Below the pieces are notes generated by a model. That model was not told the origin of the DNA, did no database searches, and was given only the letters and a program-made list of their open reading frames with translations. Both the position numbers and the translations under genes were made by a program. Below are positions 25,615-34,035 of a DNA stretch of 64,000 nucleotides, in pieces; position 1 is the first letter of the stretch; each line of letters begins with the position of its first letter. The stretch comes from Bacteroidia bacterium (lineage in GTDB: Bacteria; Bacteroidota; Bacteroidia; Bacteroidales; JAPLDU01): positions 925 to 64,924 of the forward strand of contig JAPLDU010000055.1 of the NCBI GenBank assembly GCA_026391255.1. Direction: 5' to 3'.

Positions 25615-26478
25615 TTACACCATTAAATCAATAATGGTAAAAATGGCAAAAATTACGCTGGCAATCCCATTGGTTGTGAAGAATGCCATGTTAAGCCGTG
25701 AAAGATCATCCGGCTTAACTAAAGTATGCTGGTAAAATAACAATCCAATGAAAAGCAATGCCCCGGCTAAATATAAAAAACCGAAATAGGGATGAAATCC
25801 TGCTAATAATACAATGACCGCAGCTATTGAATGTAAAATAAGCGAAAGGTTTAATGCTGCTTTATTTCCCAAGTGTACCGGCAGGGATTTAAGGTTTTCA
25901 TTTTTATCAAAGTCCTTATCTTGTAATGCATAAATGATATCAAAACCACTCACCCAGAAAATAACAACTAAGGAATATAAGATTGGCAGCATGCTGAAAT
26001 TACCGTTTACTGACAGGTATGCGCCTATGGGGGCAAGAGACAGACCCAGTCCAAGAATGAAATGTGACAGAGCCGTGAATCGCTTGGTGAGGCTGTAACA
26101 CAGTATTACGAGCAATGCAATCGGCGACAGGTAAAAAACCAGAGAATTAATAAACCAGGTGGAAACAATAAAAAGACTAGCATTAACAATAACAAAAATC
26201 AATACTGACAAAGCCCTGAGCCGTCCGGCAGGAATCTCGCGTGAAGCTGTCCTTGGATTCTTCTTATCAAAATACCTGTCAGTATAACGGTTAAATCCCA
26301 TGGCAGCGTTCCTGGCAAAGATCATACACAGAATGATATAAATAAAAATTTTCCAGTTAATGGTCTGTGAATCTCTTACTCCGATAAAAAATCCAATAAA
26401 GGCGAAAGGCATGGCAAATATCGTGTGAGAAAAGGTCACCAGGGAGAAATATTTCTTTAAAGAATCAATAATAGCCAT
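25615..26478 (-). CDS. UbiA-family polyprenyltransferase (4-hydroxybenzoate/menaquinone-type)
   Basis: The protein is polytopic. It has two Asp-rich motifs, NRYTDRYFD (NxxxDxxxD) and QDKDFDKNE. Confidence 0.85.
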   Translation of the reverse strand: MAIIDSLKKYFSLVTFSHTIFAMPFAFIGFFIGVRDSQTINWKIFIYIILCMIFARNAAMGFNRYTDRYFDKKNPRTASREIPAGRLRALSVLIFVIVNASLFIVSTWFINSLVFYLSPIALLVILCYSLTKRFTALSHFILGLGLSLAPIGAYLSVNGNFSMLPILYSLVVIFWVSGFDIIYALQDKDFDKNENLKSLPVHLGNKAALNLSLILHSIAAVIVLLAGFHPYFGFLYLAGALLFIGLLFYQHTLVKPDDLSRLNMAFFTTNGIASVIFAIFTIIDLMV

Positions 26479-26503
26479 TGTAATTATTTTGATTTAAAAA
26501 TAC

Positions 26504-26531
26504 AAAAAAAGCCTGCATCAGCAAGCTTTTT
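26504..26531 (-). terminator. intrinsic terminator after the kor gamma subunit gene
   Basis: On the minus strand the sequence reads AAAAAGCTTGC-TGAT-GCAGGCTTTTTTT. The stem has one mismatch and is followed by a T-run. Confidence 0.6.
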
Positions 26532-26552
26532 GAAAAATAAACCATCAAAAAT

Positions 26553-27098
26553 TCATTTTATTTCATTGACAGATTCCATCCCTTTATTTACAGCTGCTTC
26601 ATTAAGTGGTATCAGTTTATGGTGGCGTACAGGCAGTGATTTTTTTAATCCTTTGATCACATTCTCCATTTTCACCATCGGTTTTATCTTCAGGTAAGCG
26701 CCCAGGACGATCATGTTAAAAATCTTGGTGTTTCCCATCTCAGTGGCTTTTGCAACCGCTTCAACCTGGTAAATATGAATATCTTTGCGCTGGGGATGGT
26801 GTGAAATTCCGTTTGGATCGTAAAGTAATGCACCACCTGGTTTCACTGTCTTTTCAAATTTATCCATTGATTGCTGGTTCAGGATGATGGCAGTGTCGTA
26901 TTCATTCAGGATCGGTGAACTGATTCGTTCATCACTCAGGATCACGGTGACATTTGCCGTTCCGCCCCTCATTTCAGGTCCATAAGATGGCATCCAGCTA
27001 ACTTCCTTGTTCTGCATGATGCCTGAATATGCCAGTATCTTACCCATTGACAGCACTCCCTGCCCTCCAAAACCTGCTATAATAATCTCTTCAGTCAT
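26553..27098 (-). CDS. 2-oxoacid:ferredoxin oxidoreductase, gamma subunit
   Basis: The N-terminus IIIAGFGGQGVLSMGKIL is typical of the POR/KOR gamma domain. It is the last gene of a delta-alpha-beta-gamma cluster. Confidence 0.88.
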   Translation of the reverse strand: MTEEIIIAGFGGQGVLSMGKILAYSGIMQNKEVSWMPSYGPEMRGGTANVTVILSDERISSPILNEYDTAIILNQQSMDKFEKTVKPGGALLYDPNGISHHPQRKDIHIYQVEAVAKATEMGNTKIFNMIVLGAYLKIKPMVKMENVIKGLKKSLPVRHHKLIPLNEAAVNKGMESVNEIK

Positions 27099-27126
27099 TA
27101 TATTAATATTTTATGATCATAATATT

Positions 27127-27262
27127 AGTTCATAAAGTTCATAAAGTTCATAAAGTTTATAAAGGAAAAAGTTTCGACAAATAATAATTAATCAAAAATT
27201 TATAATTTTATGTATCCGGAATATTTAAGAACTATACAGACTTTATAAACTTTTAACTTTAT
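27127..27262. repeat. same element family (copy 2), located inside the kor operon between the beta and gamma subunit genes
   Basis: The left arm is AGTTCATAAAGTTCATAAAGTTCATAAAGTTTATAAAGG. The right arm is GACTTTATAAACTTTTAACTTTATAA, and its end supplies the korB stop codon. Confidence 0.75.
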
Positions 27263-28047
27263 AAACTATCCTCCGGTACTTTAATATCTCCTAGAGGATA
27301 AAATGGAAACATATTTTCTTCCATCCAGATATTGGCCTGGTTTGGTGTCATTTTCCAACCGGAGTTACAATTTGAAACCACTTCAACAAAGGAGACGCCC
27401 TTATTCAGCTTTTGATTTTCAAAGGCTTTCCGAATGGCTTTTTTGCATTTTCTGACGGCAGCAGGAGTATGAACTGCCTGTCGGGTGACATAATAAGTGC
27501 CGGGCAATTGGGCGACTAATTCCGTCATTTTAATAGGGTTACCCATCATCGCAGTATTTCTTCCGTAAGGACTGGTCGATGTTACCATACCCGCAAGAGT
27601 TGTAGGAGCCATCTGGCCGCCAGTCATTCCATAAATGCCATTATTGATGAAGATTATTGTGATATTCTCACCCCTGTTGCAGGCGTGAATGGTTTCTGCA
27701 GTACCAATAGCTGCAAGGTCACCGTCACCCTGGTAGGTAAATACAAACTTTTCGGGCATTACTCTTTTAATACCTGTTGCAACTGCCGGAGCCCTTCCGT
27801 GTGCAGCTTGCTGCATATCAATGTCCATGAACTGGTAGGCTAATACTGAACAGCCGACGGGAGCAACACCAATGGTTTGCGATTGTATACCCATTTCTTC
27901 AATAGTTTCCATAATCAGCCTGTGTACAGTGCCATGGCCGCAACCCGGGCAATAGGACAAAATATTTTCTGTCAGTAAAGGTGTTCTTTTGTAAATGAGG
28001 TTTTCAGCCTTGATAATATCCGTTACTTCCATGTTACTTTCCTCCAA
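27259..28047 (-). CDS. 2-oxoacid:ferredoxin oxidoreductase, beta (TPP-binding) subunit
   Basis: CPGCGHG and the TPP motif GDGDLAAIG...NNGIYGMTGGQ are present. It overlaps the alpha subunit gene by 14 nt. Confidence 0.9.
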   Translation of the reverse strand: MEESNMEVTDIIKAENLIYKRTPLLTENILSYCPGCGHGTVHRLIMETIEEMGIQSQTIGVAPVGCSVLAYQFMDIDMQQAAHGRAPAVATGIKRVMPEKFVFTYQGDGDLAAIGTAETIHACNRGENITIIFINNGIYGMTGGQMAPTTLAGMVTSTSPYGRNTAMMGNPIKMTELVAQLPGTYYVTRQAVHTPAAVRKCKKAIRKAFENQKLNKGVSFVEVVSNCNSGWKMTPNQANIWMEENMFPFYPLGDIKVPEDSL

Positions 28048-29107
28048 TTATTTTTTCTTCAAGGGCATTAAGAACTTCTGAAGGCGATGGTATAACACCG
28101 CCAAGTCTACCAAAATATTCGACTTTCACTTTACCGTTAACCGCCAGCCTGACATCTTCAACCATCTGGCCTGCATTCATTTCAACAGTCAGGATACCTT
28201 TCAATTTGTCTGCCATTTCTTCAATGGGTTTTGAAGGATAAGGGAAAAGGGTAATCGGCCTGAATAATCCGACTTTTATACCTTTCCCCCGGGCTACATG
28301 AACGGCTTTTTCGCAGATGCGTGCACTGGAACCAAAGGCAACTATCATGTATTCAGCATCATCACATAAGATCTTTTCATATCTCACTTCTTCTTCCTGC
28401 ATTCTCTTATATTTTGCCTGTATCCTGATATTGATAAGTTCCTGTTTATGAGCATCAAGTTCGAGAGATGTGATAATATTCCGCTGCCGATCAGGTGTTT
28501 TGCCTGTAGTACTCCAGTTTTCATATTCAGTCAGTCTTTTACGTTGCGGTTTCAGTTCCACTTTTTCCATCATCTGGCCAATAACACCATCGCTTAGTAT
28601 CAGGACAGGGTTACGGTATTTAAAGGCCAGATCGAAGGCTAGTTCAACAAAATCAGATGATTCCTGAACGGAAGCTGGTGCTAATACCAACAGCCTGTAA
28701 TCACCATGCCCTCCTCCCTTCGTCGACTGGAAATAATCAGATTGTGAAGGCTGAATAGTTCCGAGTCCGGGGCCTCCTCTTACCACATTTACGATCAGGC
28801 AGGGTAATTCGGCACCGGCAATGTATGATATTCCTTCCTGTTTAAGACTGATTCCTGGACTTGAAGAGGAAGTCATCGCTCTGCGTCCGCAAGCAGCTGC
28901 ACCATAAACCATATTTATAGCTGCAATTTCACTCTCAGCCTGAAGTACCACCATTCCGGTTCTGTCATATGCCTTTTCAGCCATCAGGTACTCGATAATT
29001 TCAGACTGCGGTGTAATAGGATAACCATAATAGGCATCGGCACCGGCACGGATTGCTGCCTCGGCAATGGCTTCATTGCCTTTCATTAATCTAAAATCTC
29101 TCTCCAT
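28034..29107 (-). CDS. 2-oxoacid:ferredoxin oxidoreductase, alpha subunit
   Basis: The sequence follows the POR/KOR alpha pattern (MKGNEAIAEAAIRAGADAYYGYPITPQSEI...). Confidence 0.9.
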   Translation of the reverse strand: MERDFRLMKGNEAIAEAAIRAGADAYYGYPITPQSEIIEYLMAEKAYDRTGMVVLQAESEIAAINMVYGAAACGRRAMTSSSSPGISLKQEGISYIAGAELPCLIVNVVRGGPGLGTIQPSQSDYFQSTKGGGHGDYRLLVLAPASVQESSDFVELAFDLAFKYRNPVLILSDGVIGQMMEKVELKPQRKRLTEYENWSTTGKTPDRQRNIITSLELDAHKQELINIRIQAKYKRMQEEEVRYEKILCDDAEYMIVAFGSSARICEKAVHVARGKGIKVGLFRPITLFPYPSKPIEEMADKLKGILTVEMNAGQMVEDVRLAVNGKVKVEYFGRLGGVIPSPSEVLNALEEKIIGGK

Positions 29108-29133
29108 TCTGTGCGTTTTTAAGATCAGTTAGC

Positions 29134-29358
29134 TCAAACTTTTACACGGTAAACACTTATCACTCCATCAGGGCATACGATACCGCAATTGGCACATCCC
29201 GTACATTCTTCAGGTTTTACCATGTAGGCAAATGGATATCCCCTGCCATTCACTTCTTTTGAAATGGCGATTACCTCAAAAGGACAGGAAGGAATGCATA
29301 CCTCACATCCTTTACACCTCTCTATGTCAATAACAATCGCACCTCTGACTTTTGCCAT
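29134..29358 (-). CDS. 2-oxoacid:ferredoxin oxidoreductase, delta subunit (2x[4Fe-4S] ferredoxin)
   Basis: Two cluster motifs are present, CKGCEVCIPSCP and CTGCANCGIVCP. The protein is 74 aa. Confidence 0.88.
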   Translation of the reverse strand: MAKVRGAIVIDIERCKGCEVCIPSCPFEVIAISKEVNGRGYPFAYMVKPEECTGCANCGIVCPDGVISVYRVKV

Positions 29359-29631
29359 GATCCTTATTGTTTTAATAATGCATCAAAGGAAATTAATTTC
29401 TGTATAAATGCTTATGTTATTTATCAGATTTTAAAAACAAAGTGCTGGCTTATCTTAATACTGGAATAATACGAGTGCCTGACTTAGAAAACCTATGCGG
29501 CTGTAGCCTTTACATAATATTGTAAATGATGCAAATACTTCAGATGAAATCATTATCGTAACAGAATGGTTTTGATTTTTTTCTTTTAATAAATTTCACC
29601 AATATTGCAGTTTACGAATTATTTTTAATTC

Positions 29632-30327
29632 ATGGATAAAAACAAGATTCTCATTATTGAAGATGAACCCAAAGTTGCATTTTTTATAAAAAAAGGCCTC
29701 GAAGAACAATCTTACAAAGTTGATGTTGCCAACGATGGGTATATCGGAAAGAAAATGATCATTTCCAATAAGTACGACCTGATCATTGCCGATGTTAATT
29801 TGCCAAAGCTCAATGGGTTTCAGCTTTGCATTGAGATCAGGGAAATGAATATCAATATTCCTATTCTGATGCTGACAGCCTTGGGTACAACAGATGATAA
29901 AATTTCCGGGTTTGAATCAGGGGCCGATGATTATCTTGTTAAACCATTTGAATTCAGGGAATTAATTGCAAGGGTTAAGGTGCTGCTGAAAAGAACAAAA
30001 ATTGAATCTCCAATTGAGAATATCTTAAAATGTACTAACCTTGAAATGAATCTTGACAGGAAAACAGTGACCCGCGACAATAAATTTATTGATTTAACAG
30101 CAAAGGAATTCATGTTGCTTGAGTATCTCCTCAGGAATAAAAACAGGGTAATTTCGAGGTCTGATATTGCCGAAAAGATATGGGAGATTAAATTTGATAC
30201 CGGCACAAATGTGATAGATGTTTACATCAATTTTCTGAGAAAAAAGATTGACAGGGACTTTTCTCCAAAGTTGATTTTCACACATATAGGGCTTGGGTAT
30301 ATGCTAAAAGAGGAATCTGAATTATGA
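29632..30327 (+). CDS. OmpR-family response regulator
   Basis: The receiver domain has ILIIEDEP and DLIIADVNLP. The C-terminus is a winged-helix output domain (LTAKEFMLLEYLLRN). Confidence 0.92.
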   Translation: MDKNKILIIEDEPKVAFFIKKGLEEQSYKVDVANDGYIGKKMIISNKYDLIIADVNLPKLNGFQLCIEIREMNINIPILMLTALGTTDDKISGFESGADDYLVKPFEFRELIARVKVLLKRTKIESPIENILKCTNLEMNLDRKTVTRDNKFIDLTAKEFMLLEYLLRNKNRVISRSDIAEKIWEIKFDTGTNVIDVYINFLRKKIDRDFSPKLIFTHIGLGYMLKEESEL

Positions 30328-31694
30328 GGATAAAAACCAAACTGACGTTTCAGTTTGCTATCATAACGGCATCCATATTGTTCCTGTTCTCTGTAGCTAT
30401 TTACTATTTTTCATCAAACTACCGCAAGCAACAATTTGAAAGCAGGTTAAGAGAAAGGGCATTAACTGCCATGAATTTACTGATTGATGTAAAACAGATT
30501 GACACAAACCTGCTGGATATTATTAATAAAAGCAATATCCCTATCAGAGAAGAAGTAATACAGATATGGAATCCTGATAACGAAAAGATTTATTCAAGTT
30601 TGCTCAATAATAGCTTTAAGGTTAAAGAGGCTCAATTAAATACAATCAGAAAAAAAGGAGACTATTATTTTAACGTTAAGGATAAGGAAGCCGTAGGAAT
30701 CAGCTATCCCACACTGGAAGGCGATTACGTTGCCATCATTGCTGCTTATGATATTTACGGCCTTGGAAAACTGGGATACCTGAGGATTATTTTATTAACA
30801 GGTATGTTGGTATTCTTCGGATTGGCATTGCTTGCCGGCAGGTTTTATTCCGGTCAGGCCATCAAACCGATCGAAAATATAGTGTCCCAGGTGGAAAAGA
30901 TCACTTATTCGAATCTCAACTCCAGGGTTGATGAAGGAAATGGTAAAGATGAAATTGCTGAACTGGCCATTACGTTTAATAAAATGCTTGGACGTTTGCA
31001 ATCAGCCTTCGATATGCAGCGCAGTTTTGTTTCCAATGCCTCGCACGAACTCAGAACACCACTGACCTCAATAACCGGTCAGATTGAAGTGACACTCATG
31101 TCAAAACGTGATATTTCTGAATACGAGGTTACATTGAGATCAATTCTGGATGATATCAGAAGCCTGAATAAACTTACTAACGGCTTGCTCGATCTGGCGT
31201 TGGTCGAACTGGATATTTCCGAAATCAAGTTCAGAAATATCAGGATAGATGAATTGCTTTGGCAGTCGAGGATCGATCTGATTAAACTTCATGGCAATTA
31301 TACTATTGATATTACTTTTGAAGAAATCCTGCTTGAAGAAAACTCGTTGATTGTTGAAGCAAACGAACATCTGTTGAAAACAGCTTTTATCAATTTGATG
31401 GATAATGCCTGTAAGTATTCAGAAAATAAGCATGTGAATGTCGTGTTGGAAAGTTCCTCTAAATATGTCAATATTTTATTTAAGGACAGTGGAATAGGTG
31501 TCAGCGAGGATGAAATCAAAAAAATATTTCAACCATTTTACAGGGCAGATAATTCAAGAAATATCAGCGGTCATGGGATTGGAATACCATTGACTTCAAA
31601 AATCATTTCCATGCACAATGGAGAAATGAAGTTTCATTCAGTTATTAATCAGGGTACCACGGTCACTGTTTCTTTTCCTTCTGTTGAAACATAG
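30324..31694 (+). CDS. sensor histidine kinase (2 TM, HAMP, HisKA, HATPase_c)
   Basis: The H-box FVSNASHELRTPL is present. The N, G1 and G2 boxes are NLMDNACKY, DSGIGV and GHGIGIP. The gene overlaps the response regulator gene by 4 nt. Confidence 0.92.
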   Translation: MRIKTKLTFQFAIITASILFLFSVAIYYFSSNYRKQQFESRLRERALTAMNLLIDVKQIDTNLLDIINKSNIPIREEVIQIWNPDNEKIYSSLLNNSFKVKEAQLNTIRKKGDYYFNVKDKEAVGISYPTLEGDYVAIIAAYDIYGLGKLGYLRIILLTGMLVFFGLALLAGRFYSGQAIKPIENIVSQVEKITYSNLNSRVDEGNGKDEIAELAITFNKMLGRLQSAFDMQRSFVSNASHELRTPLTSITGQIEVTLMSKRDISEYEVTLRSILDDIRSLNKLTNGLLDLALVELDISEIKFRNIRIDELLWQSRIDLIKLHGNYTIDITFEEILLEENSLIVEANEHLLKTAFINLMDNACKYSENKHVNVVLESSSKYVNILFKDSGIGVSEDEIKKIFQPFYRADNSRNISGHGIGIPLTSKIISMHNGEMKFHSVINQGTTVTVSFPSVET

Positions 31695-31798
31695 TGATTT
31701 ATAAAATTTTAACCCAAAATTAATTCTGTTTTAAGCAATATCTAATAATTATTAATTAACCTTGTCGCTGTTCGAAAAATATTACAAACGACGGGTTA

Positions 31799-33634
31799 AT
31801 GAGGTATTCTTTATTTACTTTTTTCATTGTTTTTGCTTTTTCTGGATTTTCCCAGCAGAATATCTATTACCTTAGTTCTACCGATTCAGTGTTTTCCTGC
31901 AATATTAACCAGGTTTACCTTGATGGATCCCTGATGATTGAACACGATACTGCTGTTGTTACACCTGTTGTTCCAAGCTTAATTTCTGAGGACCATACTG
32001 CTGAGGGCTTTATGGTAACTTTATCCACCGGTGCTATTGTGCATTTTTTTCGCATTGATCCCGGCTATTGGGGAAATCATACGGGAAATAATGCCCGTAT
32101 CGTTAAAAGAACAACTTATAACGATGGAGTTACCTGGGGCCCAATCGAAGAAGTTTTCAATGACACTAATTATGACGATCGTAATGTGCACGGAGGATTG
32201 GTAGGACAGGATTCCATTGTGTTATTCTGGAGAAGATATAATGCCACTTATTCCCAACAGATTGACCTGAATTATATTTACAGCTTAGATGGAGGACAGA
32301 CCTGGTCTCAGCGGACTGTGATCAATTCAATATCCAATGGAACTCCCGGTTCAAATAAAATACAGAAAATTCCGGGAAGAGGATGGCTGATGAGCATTGC
32401 AGGTGCATACTATGTTGAAATCAGGATCAGTTCAGATGGCCTTACCTGGAATAATAATGTTGCTTATGTATGGAATTATAGTTATAACTTTCAGCATTAT
32501 ATTCATGAACCATGTTTCGCATACATCGGCAGTGGTTTAATTATCGGGTTGATGCGTAATAATGGCAGTGCCTATGGATGTACTTATTTTAAGGTAACTT
32601 CAACAGATAATGGATATACATGGTCAGGACCGGACAGCACCAATATGGCCACCCCTTTTTTCTGTCCATCGCCATTGATTTTTTATGATGTGAATCATAA
32701 AGATATTTGGTCAATTGCTACTGATCGCAGGAACCAATGTGGCGCATATCTGGCTGATTCTTCTTCAGTCTGGATATATAAAAATACTGTTGGTGAAATA
32801 TTTAACAACCCCAATGGATTTAGTCTATATTCTTATTATCACAGGCCTCAGCCTTCATGGTATATGTTTTATGGCTATTCCTGTTCAACCCGGACATCAG
32901 GCGGAAACGAACTGGTTGTTTTTACTGAAAGTCACAAAAAACCAAATTTCCTTGAAGATGCTGACCTCTACCAGTATTCAATACAGTATATGCCAATGCA
33001 TTATTCCAGTACCCACTACATATGGAATACAGGAGATACCTCTGAAGTCACTCATGCCGATACTTCCGGTGTCTATTTTGTTACTGTAAGCGATGATTAT
33101 GGTCATTCCAGGAAAGATAGCATATTTGTAAGCCTGATCAAAAATGCCATCCAGGATACTTCTTTTACTATTCAGCAGGGTAATAACATAATTCTGCATT
33201 CTGACACAAGTCTTATTGGTCCTTTATACACTTATAACTGGTCAACAGGGGAAACTACATCAAGTATTGAAGTTTCTCCCCAGGAAACAACCTCATATTA
33301 TATTACAATTAATAATGGATTCTTTAATTGTTCTGATAGTGTTACTATTCATGTAAATCCTGTGATAACGGCAATCAAGAATAATGATGTCAAAGATTTT
33401 AATGTACAGCCCAATCCATTTATCCAGGTAACTGAAATTTACTTCCCGAATCCCGGAAACGAGAGATTCAGACTGATGATGTATGACCTTTTAGGCAATC
33501 TGGTAAGAAAGCAAGATAATATTACCGGGAATCATTATACCCTGAACAGGGACTTGTTAAAAGACGGTATTTATATGGTAGAGATCAGTTCTGCCAGCGC
33601 TTCTTACCATTCTGATGTAATCATCGGGAATTAA
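31799..33634 (+). CDS. secreted BNR/sialidase-like beta-propeller protein with T9SS C-terminal sorting domain
   Basis: There is a signal peptide. BNR (Asp-box) motifs are present: NDGVTWGP, SLDGGQTWS, SSDGLTWN and STDNGYTWS. Two W(N/S)TG(D/E)T repeats are present. The C-terminal region (...NVQPNPF...GIYMVEI...) resembles a T9SS CTD. Confidence 0.75.
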   Translation: MRYSLFTFFIVFAFSGFSQQNIYYLSSTDSVFSCNINQVYLDGSLMIEHDTAVVTPVVPSLISEDHTAEGFMVTLSTGAIVHFFRIDPGYWGNHTGNNARIVKRTTYNDGVTWGPIEEVFNDTNYDDRNVHGGLVGQDSIVLFWRRYNATYSQQIDLNYIYSLDGGQTWSQRTVINSISNGTPGSNKIQKIPGRGWLMSIAGAYYVEIRISSDGLTWNNNVAYVWNYSYNFQHYIHEPCFAYIGSGLIIGLMRNNGSAYGCTYFKVTSTDNGYTWSGPDSTNMATPFFCPSPLIFYDVNHKDIWSIATDRRNQCGAYLADSSSVWIYKNTVGEIFNNPNGFSLYSYYHRPQPSWYMFYGYSCSTRTSGGNELVVFTESHKKPNFLEDADLYQYSIQYMPMHYSSTHYIWNTGDTSEVTHADTSGVYFVTVSDDYGHSRKDSIFVSLIKNAIQDTSFTIQQGNNIILHSDTSLIGPLYTYNWSTGETTSSIEVSPQETTSYYITINNGFFNCSDSVTIHVNPVITAIKNNDVKDFNVQPNPFIQVTEIYFPNPGNERFRLMMYDLLGNLVRKQDNITGNHYTLNRDLLKDGIYMVEISSASASYHSDVIIGN

Positions 33635-33763
33635 CTTTCCTCCCGGAAAGGTTATTGTTGACTATTTTGTCTGTCTTTAATGTCATTCCTTCTTGATTTA
33701 AGAACAAGGATTATTCACAACATTTTTTATTTTTTAAGGTGTTCATGAGGTCGCTTCGCTAAG

Positions 33764-33982
33764 TTAACGATTTTTGATTGATGAATTATGTTTAAACATC
33801 TGATTAATGATAAGATCAGAAATCTAAAATCGTTAATGGATATACGTCAATCAAAATATTAAACATTATAGACAGACTCTACTTAGTCCCTAAGCATATT
33901 TATAAAGTCAGCTATACTTATATTAAAACATCAATTAACGAATAATGATTTAAGATGTGACTGGTAATCTGAAATCGTTAAT
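33764..33982. repeat. three copies (one inverted) of an 'AAATCGTTAA'-centred ~20-60 bp unit in a 400-bp convergent spacer
   Basis: TTAACGATTTTTGATTGAT (33764-) pairs with ATCAGAAATCTAAAATCGTTAA (-33837). A direct copy, TAATCTGAAATCGTTAATCGATA, lies at about 33965-33987. Confidence 0.6.
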
Positions 33983-34035
33983 CGATATTCTTAAATCAAA
34001 AGTTACTATTTTATGGACAAAAATTAATTAACCTT

